From Octopus sinensis (taxonomy: Eukaryota), in contig NC_043004.1 in the NCBI RefSeq assembly GCF_006345805.1, positions 29,016,001-29,080,000 on the forward strand: 64,000 nucleotides of DNA. The letters are read 5' to 3'. The notes under the pieces were generated by a model. The model saw only the letters and a list, made by a program, of their open reading frames with translations. It had not been told where the DNA came from and did no database searches. The position numbers and the translations under genes were made by a program. Of this stretch, positions 1 to 12,789 are shown one piece after another. Each line of letters opens with the position of its first letter. Position 1 is the first letter of the stretch.

Positions 1-110
1 CTGTAGTATACATATTTATCTGTTCTCCTGTTCTATAATTATTAGAGCATTGTTAATGTTTGTGTTTTGTTCTCAACATCACACAAATGATTATTAAATG
101 ATTGTTTTAA

Positions 111-153
<43 letters not shown>

Positions 154-309
154 ATAAATACACACAGACAGACACACACACACACATATGAGCATGGATG
201 AATGAGAGTGTATATCAATTTATCTCTCTCTAAAAATATATATGTATCATTCTTTCTATTTGGCTTCTATTGTTTACACATGTATATCAATTAATATTGA
301 TTTTTTTAC

Positions 310-430
310 GTTAGCACAAGGCTACAGATTTGTACTTGCCGTTGACGGGCAATTATTTTATCGACCTTGAGAGATAAAGTCGACTACGATATGATTTGAA
401 CTCAGTAAGAAGAGGGAGTAACTAAATACT
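310..430 (-). mobile_element. Degenerate SINE family A copy
   Basis: TTTATCGACC..AAAGTCGAC..ATTTGAACTCAG matches the better-preserved copies at 8989-9182 and 20311-20539. Confidence 0.6.
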
Positions 431-569
431 AAAAATCCATTTATTTAACTTTACTATTTTTTGTACTCACACAAACACACACACACACTACGCACATATA
501 TATGCATACACACCACATCACACATACATATAAACAAATATGTATGTGTGAGTATACACTTATATATGG

Positions 570-605
<36 letters not shown>

Positions 606-826
606 TTATACACACACATACATATTTTATGAGTGCTTGTGTGTGGTGTGAGCGTGTGTATATTTGCATGTACATTGGAGAAAAATATATACAGATAGAT
701 AAATATAGAGGAGAAGAGAGAGAGAGAGTGTGTGTGTGTGTGTGAGTGAAAGGGAGAGAGAACACATATCACATATATTATAGAGACAGCAAAATGGAGA
801 AAAAGAGGAATAGAGATTACTGCTGT

Positions 827-874
<48 letters not shown>

Positions 875-963
875 CACCACCACCACCAGCACCACCAGCA
901 CCACCACTACCACTACTACTATAGCCGCTGCTGCTGCTGCTACTACTGCTGCTGCTGCTGCTG
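827..963. repeat. Compound trinucleotide microsatellite (CTA)n-(CCA)n-(CTG)n
   Basis: Directly visible graded array. Confidence 0.95.
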
Positions 964-1064
964 CGTTTGCTGTTGCCGCTACTAAGTCAACGTTGTGAAG
1001 ATAAACGGTTTATCTTTATTTTATCACGGCAAACTAACTGAATAGCTATTAAGCTGAAATAGGT

Positions 1065-1186
1065 CACGTGGCTTTTGTGTTAATAAAATACATTGTATTT
1101 GAATTGACTCGGTTTTAAGAATATATTGACGTCATTGGTGCCATTTCTCTGTCCCAATAAAGATCCACCATTATAACCGCCCTCCC
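1065..1186. promoter_or_regulatory. TF-motif cluster: E-box CACGTG (1065), CRE TGACGTCA (1127), ATTGG (1134) and CCAAT (1154), GC-box-like CCGCCCTCCC (1177)
   Basis: Five consensus-like motifs within about 120 bp of non-repetitive sequence; function is inferred only. Confidence 0.35.
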
Positions 1187-1239
1187 CTCACTGCGTTGCT
1201 ACCACCTCCGTCCACTATTGCCATCACCACCGCCGCCCT

Positions 1240-1244
1240 GTAGT

Positions 1245-1279
<35 letters not shown>

Positions 1280-1296
1280 TAGTAGTAGTCAGCAGC
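1240..1296. repeat. (CAG)n(TAG)n microsatellite
   Basis: Directly visible. Confidence 0.95.
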
Positions 1297-1394
1297 AATA
1301 CCTTCGTCTCGCCGTGTAGTTATGGTGTTAGTGGTAGCGTAATTTTCGGAATTAGACTGCAGACTTACTAACGCGCACTGACTGTTATATTTAC

Positions 1395-1540
1395 CTTCCT
1401 TGGCAGTAGTCCACATTATTAATTCGTTGTTACTAACGACGGTATTTCTGATTTTAAATTCTTGTCCTTCACATAGAGTATAAATATCATTTTCAAAGCC
1501 ACACATTGCATGGCTATTTGACGAGTAAACATACGGGCTA
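1395..1540 (-). CDS. Candidate coding exon (phase 2 to 1), SPYVYSSNSHAMCGFENDIYTLCEGQEFKIRNTVVSNNELIMWTTAKE
   Basis: Acceptor ttttattatttcacatattttgtaccatag with tandem TAG-TAG, donor AAG|gtaaat, one frame fully open for 146 nt; CGFE..LC weakly recalls the start of a MAM domain. Confidence 0.3.
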
Positions 1541-2766
1541 CTATGGTACAAAATATGTGAAATAATAAAAATAGGGATTGAATTGTACAGCACGAATATA
1601 TATATATATATGTGGGGGGGGGGGGTGCGCGCGCGCGCGCGTGTGTGTGTATGCGTGTGTGTGTTTGTGTGTGAGCGTGTGAGTCTTGTATAATATTGCT
1701 ACGTTGAATGTTTTATTGTTTAAAACAATTTTGTTCAAACTAAAAGTTGATATTGAACACCCAAAAGTATGAAGATACATACAAGTATGGCATTTCACAG
1801 TTTTGCTCTGATCTTAAATGCCCCAACAAATACGAATCGATTATAAACATATGTCCATACTTAAGCGAGTGTTGAAATCCTCCAAACTGCTGGCTGTTAA
1901 GCATATGTGCAAAGTGTTTTGCAATCAAAAGGCTCTCTCAACTATATTCAAATTGTTGAATTGGCAGGTTGTTCAACAATCGGTAGTAACGAGTATGCAA
2001 GCAACATATCTATTTAAACTGTTGACGTGTGCAGTATAAATTGTAAGTTTACAGAACAAGCTATTGACGTGTGCTAGTCGGTTAAATCTACAATTGTCAG
2101 CTGTCGACGTTGATAATTGACCAAAGAGTAAACTGTAGATATATATTTATTGATACATGTAGTGTATCCTGATTTGTCTAAATTGGTTACAGTGGCATTA
2201 TTAGTCTTCAGTTTGTTTTGCATCATTGCTAAATTGTATTGTGACATCATCACGCTTAGTCGACTTATTAATACTATGGTTTAGTACCAATAAGTGCAAT
2301 TTTTGTGCGTTTAATGATTGCAGGCGCTGATGTAAGATATGTAAGCAATGTAAACGTTAATATAAACATACTCAATGGCTTCACTCAATACTATCGGTTG
2401 ATGACACGTGTCAAGTAGTTAGTTTTCTGAAATGTACCGCGAACTGATGATACAGATTTAAAGGCAATGAGAATTACTAACGACAACAGTAGTCAGTTAC
2501 TAATAACAACGGGACCAACAACAGAAAATGTCAGTAGGAGAGCAAGATTGAATTGTATTTAATCTACTTGCAGAATAGATTGATTAAGTTTAAATGTTGA
2601 TGTTTATAATAATCGTCTTGAGTTTGGATGAATTTTGTGATATCTCTACAATCGATGAATACCTTTTAAACATGATTGGAGAACTAATATTAAAGATCTG
2701 TGCTTAGAATTTTATGATTCTTAAACTGCTTGGAGGTTTTATGATGTTATTGTTTACACTTGCAAG

Positions 2767-2854
2767 TATGTATGTATGTATGTATGTATGTTTGTATGTA
2801 TGTATGTATGTATGTATGTATGTATGTATGTATGTATGTATGTATGTATGTATG
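2767..2854. repeat. (TATG)n microsatellite
   Basis: Directly visible. Confidence 0.95.
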
Positions 2855-2896
2855 CATGCACACACGGACGTATCTATCTGTCTGTCTGTCTGTGTC

Positions 2897-2984
2897 TTTA
2901 TTCAATTTTATTTCAAGATTTCTTGCCAATAGAAAAAGAATCGGTTTCCATCCTAGATTCAAGGTTCTTTATTGATATTTGACC
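2897..2984 (-). mobile_element. 3' end of an unclassified repeat followed by a (CATA)n-type tail
   Basis: Minus strand GGAAACCG..CTTGAAATAAAATTGAATAA matches the plus-strand copy at 41583-41660; both run into (CATA)n. Confidence 0.55.
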
Positions 2985-3290
2985 AATATTAACAACGTAT
3001 TTTTGCATGTATGAGCGTATGTATGCAGTATTTGGAGTTAGTGCATGTGCAGATTTGTATGTTTTGTTTTATGAATATATTCTCTTGCATATATTTACAT
3101 ATCTTGACGTGCCATATATATTTAAATGGAAAACTTTAGTGATGATTTCGATCTGTAGTCATCGAATAAGCTTTCTCCTTTCTGGTTTTGAAAAGCCTAA
3201 TTTTTCAAGATTGGTTCTCAGGCAGTTTGTTACATATCTCAGTGCCCCCAATAATCACTGGTATACATCTGAAATTGTAATTCGGGTAAA

Positions 3291-3321
<31 letters not shown>

Positions 3322-6300
3322 TGTATGTATGTATGTATGAATGTATGTATGAATTTATATATACATATAGCTACATGCGCGCACGCACACACATATACAC
3401 GCTTACACACGCATAAACATGCACGCACAACACTTAACATGATGTATTGTGGAACATGTATCAAATAACACATGTAACATGTGACACTTTCACATTTATA
3501 CTTGAATTTTATTGCTTGGAAATATTTTCGGTGTAAATATTCAGAGTTGACTTTACCTTGCATTTCCTCGAAGTCGCTAAAATATATATGAGTCAATGAG
3601 TCATGTACTACAATCAATTAGATGGCTATATTCAATCGCAGTAAATTTTTAATTTTGTAACGCATACGGGCTACTGTATAGATATATGTGTATATGTATG
3701 CTTGAGTGAGTGAGTGAGTGTGTGTGTGTGTGTGTGTGTGTGCGGAGATAGATAAATAGGGAGAGAGAGAGAGAGAGGTAGCTAGCTATATAAGTTTCAA
3801 CTTTAATATGGATTTCCATTTGGTGTAGCTTCATAATTCATTGTTGTTTATTCTCATTTGAAGTAATCTTTATATGAAGCTTATAGACCATAAGTAGAAA
3901 CCATTACAGACCATGTGCTTAGTCAAAGTGTGTTTGTTAACAATGGAATATGCATCAGTTTAGGATATATTTTGTTATACTAGAGAAATAATAAAAAAAG
4001 AGTCTCTAAAATGATATTCTTTCTCTAAAATTCATGAAATATGTGCACTTCTAAATCAATTGTTTACATTGTTAAAAATGTAATTATAACCTACTGTTTT
4101 TACGAAATATTCGACAGCTTGTCTAACAACTATGTATCAAGAGTGATTATACATATTTTTATTTTTGCTACCCGTATTATTCTAAACTTGTCACAGAAGA
4201 CAGTTTTATTGATTAATATATTCATTGAAAATGACTTCCGTTTCTTGGTAGTAGTAGAGAGCAAAATGAACTATTGAACTGCAAATATCTAGTATTTGTA
4301 ATAGCAAAGGTTACATTTTCAAAAAAGTATTTAAAAGATTTTAGTAATAATTTGGTAAGTGTTTCTAAATTCTAAATTCAGATTTCGAGTTAGTCGACGA
4401 TAACCTTGTTATTTTATTAAACATTCGGGAGGCATTGTTGTAAAGTAACAATTTCGTATAGTTGATTTGAAATTAGAAATGTGAGACACGGAATGAGATA
4501 TCATCAAATATTTTCATTAATCTATAATTTTCCATCATTCAAACATCTTTAATAGTTTCTTTTGACTTGGCAAAGGCATAGAGTTGACGGTTTTCTTTTT
4601 TCTTTCGCAAAGTGGGTGTATTATTGTTATTGTAAATTAACCCAGATTAGCCCTGATTGAGAAGGCCTATGATTAAAATGAATCCAGTCATGACCTTCCT
4701 GGTTTTTTTTTGGTTTTTTTTGAAGAATGTCTTGGGCTGCATTATCCGGTCTGCTATTTCTTTTCTCAAGTTAGTGGAGTGTGATTTGGGAGATATTTGA
4801 TTGTTGTTTCTGGTAGGTTGAGCAATTACCTCGATGGTTACCACAGTATTATACGCGGTAATATTCACTTGGTAAAATAAAATTTGGAATATTGATTCCT
4901 TTGGATTGGATATTTCTTTATAGTGAGGGGGAGAAATGTCAATTATAATCTCCATGTTTTTGTGCACTGACTCGGCTCTAAGCAGAAATTAAAACTGCCT
5001 CAGCATCTCTGCGAATCTGTCCTTGCAGCTGACACTGTTTAACTAATCAGAATCTTATATTTTCAGAAAGAAAATGGTTTGTTGCGATGTACATCCAACT
5101 GCCGAGTCAGTAATTTACTTCCAGCTAAGTCCCCTATTCGCCAGAAGTTTACCACTTGCTATGATATTGGTTTCTTTTGCTGAAATCACGTAATATAGTT
5201 TTAGTTGAATGAAATAGTGTATTGTCACGTTCAGTTCTTTTCCATGTGTACATCTAGTGTAATTGAAGTGAAGTTACTTTTTACTGGTTATTGAAATGCA
5301 TTGAAATTTCAGTTTGGAAACCTTGTTGCTCAATAGCTATGATCTTGCACTCTTTCAGGTGTAGGAATAGGGTAACCCAACTTCACAGTTCCTTTTATCT
5401 GGGAACTCAAGAACCAAAGACGCAGCTGTTCTTCTAGTAGAATATTACTGACAAAACTACTGTATATTTCAACGGATTCCATAAGTATGTATTTTGTCTG
5501 AAAAGTTCCAGATACTGAAACAGTTGAACGTCCCGAACCAAGAGATACAAATTCAAGAAATTCTCGACTATGTGTCATACAAATGAATTTCTTTTGTTGA
5601 CGAATATGGATTTTCACCAGATCGCTTCCCTACAACTTTGAAATCAGAATTAGGAGGTCTGCAACATTTTCTACTAAGTGACCTGCTTTGATCAGCAACA
5701 ACCAATTTTAACAAAATTACATGCCTGAAAGCCTACCGCACATATACATATCAAGAAAAACTATCGATACGGCTGTAAGCTGCGGCTGCAACTTAAACTT
5801 GATGAGTACGTCGTCAGTTTTCAGTGCCGAGTGCAACATTTCCTCTCGGCATAAATTAAGTTCAGGGTTAGGGTTTTGCACTAAAATGCATTAACTCTTA
5901 CTACATTTCTTTCTAGTCAGAAAACCCTTTTGGGTCGGTACAGTTGCTTAGTTTAACACCAATATAATATTGGTTCCGGATTCATTAACCTCGGAAATAT
6001 GAAATGTGAGGTTCTTTGCTTAATTTTTATAACCAATGGATGTGTTAATGAATGGAAACATTTACAGAGAGGAAAAGCTGTTTAAAGGTTAGATAGATCT
6101 GTCGCAGCGATAGAACAGGTTATACATTTTATATATATTAGAATGTACATTAAAAAACGATTGAATCGTGGAAGACACAAGTTGGCTATTTAGAACCACA
6201 AAGACCGTTGACGTAAATATTTATTATTTGTAATAAGGGGTGAAACTGTTCGTCGTTCGAAACTGCAACTTGGACACTGACATATGCTGAGATGCAAAAC

Positions 6301-8781
6301 ATTCCTCCTTTTTCTGAATGGCTAATGTCTTTCTGAATAGTTAACTTGTGCCACTCACACTGCAATCGTTTTAGTTTCGACGCAATCATGCAAGTATATC
6401 TCCATATATATATATATATATCTATTAAAGTCGCCCGAGGTAACGGTGCAAAAACTGCACTTACTGAGAATGTGGTTTAATACATCAAGGGAGATATTTT
6501 GTTTTATATACAACATACACTACAAGAATTTCCTTCCTCGACTGTGAACTGGGTACCACAACGATTTCGGCACCTTCCCTCCAATGGTACCGAGCTGCAA
6601 TGATACTTCCAGAAGATATTCGGGTTGTTTTGGTTCGTCCTGCTGCATACTATTTCGTTATTTTTGTAGCTACCGCACAAAACCGAGTGCATTTGTAACT
6701 AATCCAGTCTTGTAGAAACTATTCATTATTTCTTGATGAGTATATGTTCTTTGCTATCCCCTTTGATCATTATCTTGCAAATTTCTGACATATTCCCGTT
6801 GAAGTAATTTCTGCTTCCCTCTTTACTTTGTGAATCACTGTTCTGCTATTCTTCCCAAGTCCACTGCTAGCGAGGTGGGATATGATGGATCTAGCTACAA
6901 ACCATTGCAAGGTTTGAAGTGTTCGGCACATCTTTTGGAAGCATAGCATACTGCCATCCTCATACCTCACTAGATTCATATTTAAGGCTCTTATTTTTAA
7001 CAAGATTGTCATTAAAATACTTCCGACTTCTTCGCTGCTATTCAAAAATATGTAGGATCAAATGTAAATGCTGTCACTGCTATACACATATACACAGACA
7101 TACACATATATACACACAAATGCATCCATAGATATACAATATCATTTGGAATGATTGTCTACATACTCTGAGAATACTTAGTAAATTGTTTAGAAGTTTG
7201 TCTATGTATTTATCAGTCATTGCTATCGACTTTCCCTTCACTGTCTTTCTCTTTCTCTCTCTTTCTCTCTCTCTCTCTCTCAGTCTATACATGTGCACAG
7301 TTATTCATACATGATAACTCAAACACATGCGTATGCAAGCACATATTTGGTCATACACGCACGTACGCACATATAGACAAGAATGGGAAATGAGAAAAGG
7401 CTAAAACTAATTATCAAATCATTGATCGTCAGGAACAAATCGGCCAGTCATTTTACTATAAATATCCTTTAAGGCAATAACTTTAATTCTATAAGTTTGA
7501 CTATTAGAAATATGTATGAGACGTTTCACCACAAACAATCGTTTTATCCAGAGTGTAATTTATATCTCTTTTGTGCAATTCTAGTGAAATTCAAGTAGAA
7601 TTCTAACTCTTGGGGTTCGTGTGGTCATGAAAGGTGCATATAACTTTACTTTTATTTTTTATTGCTTTTGTCATTGTATTGCAACCGTGCTCAGATAACG
7701 ACTTAATAGGTTTATTCACACATATCGGGTGCAGTTCTTATTTCAGTATGGTACTTATTTTGTCAATATCTCTTTATTGAATGGGTAAGTTACGGGACCT
7801 AAAGGAATAGAACCTAACGTAAATATAAACGCAGCTACAGGCGCACATACATACACATAACACGCACGTGTACATCCAAGCTCATATACAGATATATGTA
7901 TGTATAAATACAATGTCCGTCTGTACAGTTACCGTCTACCAAATTCCAGTATCAGTACCGGTCATCCCAGGGCCAGTTTTGAGAAATACACGGAACGTAC
8001 AATTAATTTAATATTAATATTAATAACTTTTTCTCCTGTTTCTATAATCGAACGCGTATCCACACATTTATTGTCTCTCTCCCTCCCTTTATCCCCCATT
8101 CCCCCCATCTCTCCTATCTTACTTTATGCATATATATTGTGTTATATTATAGGGACATATCAATATTGATTTACTCTACACTTAGTATTCGTAGGGCTTC
8201 GGAAATTTGTTGTTATTGGACATAGAGCAAGTAAAAGTAATTAACAATTTGTAGAATGAAATAAAGAAAGTGTCATTTAAGGACGTGACGTACACATGTG
8301 GAAGAGTGTCGAAGCCGAGAGCAAAGTATTGCTCATATTCTGCCAGTGGTTAAAAATAATGCTATGTGGTTTAGAAAGTTCAAGAATAGCACCTGATTTT
8401 GGTGTGGTGATTGCATGGTTTCCAGAATGAAGAAAGTGTGCTTTGGCGTAACTCTAAGCAAATCTGGGATCCTTTCAAAGTATCAATGTTGCTGGTAATG
8501 ATTGGTTAAGGTGATATTTTCCGAAGGGAATAATGTTTTTGAGATAGGGGCACGACCTATATCAAATGTATTTCATGGCAGGCATCTCCAAATCGTAGAC
8601 TTTAAGCTGAATAAAAGTATGCATCTTAGTGTGTACGTGCCCGCGCATGTATATCTATATTTCGATTCGGTTTATGTTAAACATTGATTCTGGTTTGTGA
8701 TAAATGCAATTAACGTGTGTATACAATAGTGAATTTTCAATCCAGTTGCTTTTTCGTTGATTAGAACAATGTATGTGTATG

Positions 8782-8859
<78 letters not shown>

Positions 8860-8988
8860 TAAAAGAAATAAAACATATGCATATATGTAAACATATATGT
8901 ACGTACCTACCTCTACATGTACATATACACGCATATATGAGTAATATATATATATAAGTGCGAAACATAAATTTATGTCCTCTTAAAT

Positions 8989-9182
8989 TTTGGCACAAGG
9001 TCAGTATTTTCAGGGGAGAGGTAAGTCGATTACATCGGTCCCAGTGCTCCACTAGTACTTCTTTTATCGACTCCGAAAGGATGAAAGTCAGCCCAGGCGG
9101 AATTTAAACTCAGCACATAAAGACAGACGAGATGCTACTAAACATTTGCCCGGCGTGCTAACGATTCTGCCAGCTCACCGCC
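8989..9182 (-). mobile_element. Full-length tRNA-derived SINE family A with 16-bp target-site duplication
   Basis: Head GGCGGTGAGCTGGCAGAATCGTTAGC, B-box-like GAGTTTAAATTCC; TTATGTCCTCTTAAAT duplicated at 8973-8988 and 9183-9198. Confidence 0.9.
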
Positions 9183-9372
9183 TTATGTCCTCTTAAATAG
9201 TGAATAGTTATTTCAATGCGTGTGACTTAATTTTATCTGTTGTGTCTCTTCGTTTACATTATATTATATGTAGCTCTGAATTCGATGTTCTTCGGTATAT
9301 TCCTTGGAACATTCCATGAAACATCTGTACGAAGTTCCTTTTGTTAAAAAATTATCTTTATGTATGCACAAG

Positions 9373-9585
9373 GTAGTAAGCTGGCAGAATCGTTAGCGCG
9401 TTCGACAAGATGATTAGCGGCAGTTTTTCTATGTCTGTATGTTCTGAGTTCAAATACCGTCGAAATCAGCTTTGCTTTTCGTGCATTCAGGATCGACAAA
9501 ATTAGTAGAAGTCAAGAATTGATGTCGATGTAAACGACTTATTCCTCCCTTGAAATTGCTGGCTTTTTCCTCAGAATTTGAAAAA
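9373..9585 (+). mobile_element. SINE family A copy (older)
   Basis: AGCTGGCAGAATCGTTAGC head, GAGTTCAAATAC B box, GTCGATGTAAACGAC 3' motif. Confidence 0.85.
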
Positions 9586-9690
9586 TTGTACTACGTACGT
9601 ATGTATGCAGTTATACGAGTGTCAGCTTATATGTATGTGTATTTATGTATATAGGTGTTTGTACACACAAACACACACACGCACACACGC

Positions 9691-9724
<34 letters not shown>

Positions 9725-9948
9725 AAAATTTCCCTTACCATCTCATTTCCTTCATAGAGTCATATGGATGCCTTCGTGACCGTGACATGTAGTATAACTT
9801 AAGCAATTTTGGACTACAGCTGATTTCTTCCAGAAAGAGAACCAGACAAATAGACAGACAGAAAGTGAGGGAGAACAAGAAGAATCTACACTAATAGAAG
9901 ATTGAAATTTTATTTATAGTACTCATAAAAGCGAATCACAAGGCTTAC

Positions 9949-10029
9949 CTGAGCGAAATTTGGACTCGGAACGGCTAGGCGAACGATTACCGCAAAGCAA
10001 GGCAACCTCAGCCAGCTGGGGACACACAC
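9949..10029 (-). CDS. Candidate 81-nt symmetric exon (GVCPQLAEVALLCGNRSPSRSESKFRS in phase 1; phase 0 also open)
   Basis: Acceptor after a (TCTG)n pyrimidine tract (ctgtag|G), consensus donor CAG|gtaagc, GC/CpG-rich relative to flanks, length divisible by 3. Confidence 0.35.
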
Positions 10030-10735
10030 CTACAGACAGACAGACAGACAAACAGACAGGCAGGAAGACCGGCAGACAGGCAGACAGGCAGACAGACAGA
10101 CAGACACACGCACCCTGCCACACACATTTGGTGTCGGAGCTTATCATGCTTTCCGAGGAGCTCAGGTGATTAAGTGTACATTACTCTCTTGAGCAGGACG
10201 TGCTCAACGTAAGGTGCTGTAGGTGCTAGTTTTCAAGTGAAGCGGCTCGAGCAACGTGAAATATAGTGCCTAATCAGAAGACGTGTCGTCTGGTCCAGGA
10301 AGTTCTAAAAACGTGAAATTACGTAATTCTACACACATAGACAGAAGCATGCTCACTAGAAGATTATAGTCGAAGTTCTTAGTGTCTTTTAAAAGTGCAA
10401 CGTGATGATATACATACATACATGGATGCGCACGTACATACAAATATGCATACATGCATGCGTACATACATATGTATACGCACACATACGTTCATATATA
10501 CATACATACCTACACACATATATACAGACATACGTATATACGTGTTTTTGTGTGTGTGTGTGTCTGTGCGAGCGCGCACGTGTGATAACGAGTAACAATT
10601 CCAACATAACTGAACTTTGAATATGTATTCACAATTTAGTGTGATGAAACAATTGGAAAATTGAGAATACATATTCAAAATCCGGAAATTTTAAGGAAAG
10701 CTATCTAAAATTTGGTATACGTAATTTTTATAACA

Positions 10736-10747
10736 TCTATCTATCCG

Positions 10748-10822
<75 letters not shown>

Positions 10823-10867
10823 GTCTGTCTGTCTGTCTGTCTGTCTGTCGATCTATCTATCTATCTA
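10736..10867. repeat. (TATC)n/(TGTC)n microsatellite
   Basis: Directly visible. Confidence 0.95.
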
Positions 10868-11129
10868 TGTGTTTGTGTATGCGTCATTGTACGTGCGTGT
10901 GTATGAGTTCGTGTGCATGTGTGTCTATGTGCGCGCGTGCATTGTGTGTGCACACTTGATTTTAATCGGCAGAATTCTTTGCAACTTTCTACAGATTAAA
11001 TACGTAGAATTAACTACACTAATGCATTGCGTCCTATTTTCTTGTGCATTTTCTGCCAAACCTGTATGCATACATGTATACGTACACATACCTATGTATA
11101 TATAATACAGTACACACACACACACATAG

Positions 11130-11290
11130 AGTTTTACGTGCGATTGCAGAGTTATTGAATTTTGCTATATTTATCATATATAAAGTCTTGTGTCTGAGCA
11201 TTTTGATTTAACGTTAAATGCTCAGGTTAGGTATACTAGGATGTGTTGCTGCGAACGCTTGGATCTTAATTCACACATACACACACACAC
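11130..11290 (+). repeat. About 160-bp diverged direct repeat, copy 1 (copy 2 at 13325-13480)
   Basis: Shared GTGCGATT.CAGAGTT..ATTTATCATATATAAAGTCTT.TGTCTGAGC..AAATGCTCAG..ATGTGTTGCTG.GAACGCTT. Confidence 0.85.
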
Positions 11291-11529
11291 AAAAACCGCA
11301 CTCGCGCGCGCGCACACACACGTACACACGTGTATATATATCTATATTTTTTGTTCATCCATTGTTTGTCCGTCACATTTTGTTTTGCTATGTTTTGGTT
11401 GCATTCCCGGCAAGTTTTTTTGCTGGTGTCTCGAGAATAGAAGCAATCTTATCGATAATGTCACGAAATTGTGTTTGATACCCTGACCGATAATTGATGA
11501 GGAGTTGATCACCTTCTGTATTTGTCTTC

Positions 11530-11770
11530 CGTACGTTAGTATATAATTTTCAACTTGATCTTCTGCGTGTGATTTCGTTCCTTTGTTTATTACTACACGT
11601 GTTTTCACTAACGAATATATATGTATAAGGCACAAAAAAAAAAACGGTTCCCCGGATTCCGTATGAGGTATTTTGCACAAGAACATAGCGCGTCACCTGG
11701 TCCAGGAATCGAAACGACAGTTTTACGTTTATGAGTGAAATACCCAGCCACCAGGCGACGTCCCTCAGCA
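11530..11770 (-). mobile_element. Degenerate tRNA-derived SINE (family C-like)
   Basis: Minus strand B-box-like GTTTCGATTCC followed by GTTCTTGTGCAA, resembling 41280-41477. Confidence 0.5.
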
Positions 11771-11867
11771 CACATGCATGCGCACCTGTATTCACCGTTC
11801 ACGGACATGCACATATACATGAATCAACTGTCACACGTATATATTATGTGTGTATATATATGTATAT

Positions 11868-12033
11868 GTTTTCTACTGCAGCCACGCTGGAGCACCGCCT
11901 TTACTTGAACAAATCGACCCCAGGAATTATACTTCGTGAGCCTACTACTTATTCTATCGTTTTTTTGTCGAACCGCTATGTTACGGGGTTGTCAAACGGT
12001 GTGGTGGGGGACAAACACAAACACACAAACATA

Positions 12034-12109
<76 letters not shown>

Positions 12110-12272
12110 GGACGAGCGTCTTTTACTTTCCGTCTACCAAATCAACTCATGGGACTTTGACCGGCACGAGACTATAATAGTAGACACTGGCCCAAGGTGC
12201 CACATAGTGGGATTGAACCTGGAACCATGCGGTTGGGAAGCAAGCTTCTTACTACACAGCCACTCCTGCGCC
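11868..12272 (-). mobile_element. Full-length tRNA-derived SINE family B with internal microsatellite
   Basis: Head GGCGCAGGAGTGGCTGTGTAG, B box GGTTCAATCCC, internal (TA)n(TATG)n, 3' GGCGGTGCTCCAGCGTGGC. Confidence 0.9.
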
Positions 12273-12285
12273 TATAATAAATAAA

Positions 12286-12327
<42 letters not shown>

Positions 12328-12383
12328 GAGAGAGAGAGAGAGAGAGAAAGGGAGAGAGGGGGAAGATAACTGAATAGAAAGAC

Positions 12384-12418
<35 letters not shown>

Positions 12419-12589
12419 CATACACACACACACATACATACATATATATGTATGTATGTATATATATGTACATATATGCATGTGTGTATACGTATGTATA
12501 TGTATATATATAAGTATATATATATATATGTGTATGTATATATATGTATATATATGTATATATCTGTATATATATGTATATATACGCCG

Positions 12590-12690
12590 TCTTCCTTTTC
12601 TATTGAGATTTTTCCTCTATTCCTAAAGAAGAGCTTTGCTCGAAACGTAAAACCACCTTTCTTTCCTTCCCTGAGCGTCTGTTAATACTG
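12590..12690 (+). mobile_element. Short repeat carrying a degenerate minimal hammerhead-like motif (Penelope-type terminal repeat)
   Basis: CTAAAGA-A-GAGC-TTT-GCTC-GAAAC-GTA at 12623-12649; differs from the CTGANGA core at G5. Confidence 0.45.
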
Positions 12691-12746
12691 TACATGTACC
12701 ATATACACGCGTTGTTTTTTGTGTTTATTTTTCGATTTTGGGATTT

Positions 12747-12789
<43 letters not shown>

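Noticed and set aside
454-985. Long ORFs of poly-Y/V/H/C and HT/CV/YI repeats here and throughout the ORF track
   Set aside because: They are translations of microsatellites that lack stop codons, not genes
1613-1660. Poly-G followed by (CG)n(TG)n, a potential Z-DNA tract (also near 11303 and 27758)
   Set aside because: Common by-product of dinucleotide repeats here; nothing indicates a specific role
3007-3468. 153-aa plus-strand ORF
   Set aside because: No recognisable domain, runs into (TATG)n, no convincing splice sites
3556-3575. Possible 20-nt minus-strand microexon (DFEEMQ)
   Set aside because: Weak acceptor context and too short to distinguish from chance
6504-7045. Minus ORFs with CRNRCG (somatomedin-B-like) and other Cys-rich stretches
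   Set aside because: Cys spacing incomplete and no splice support; probably decayed repeat or chance
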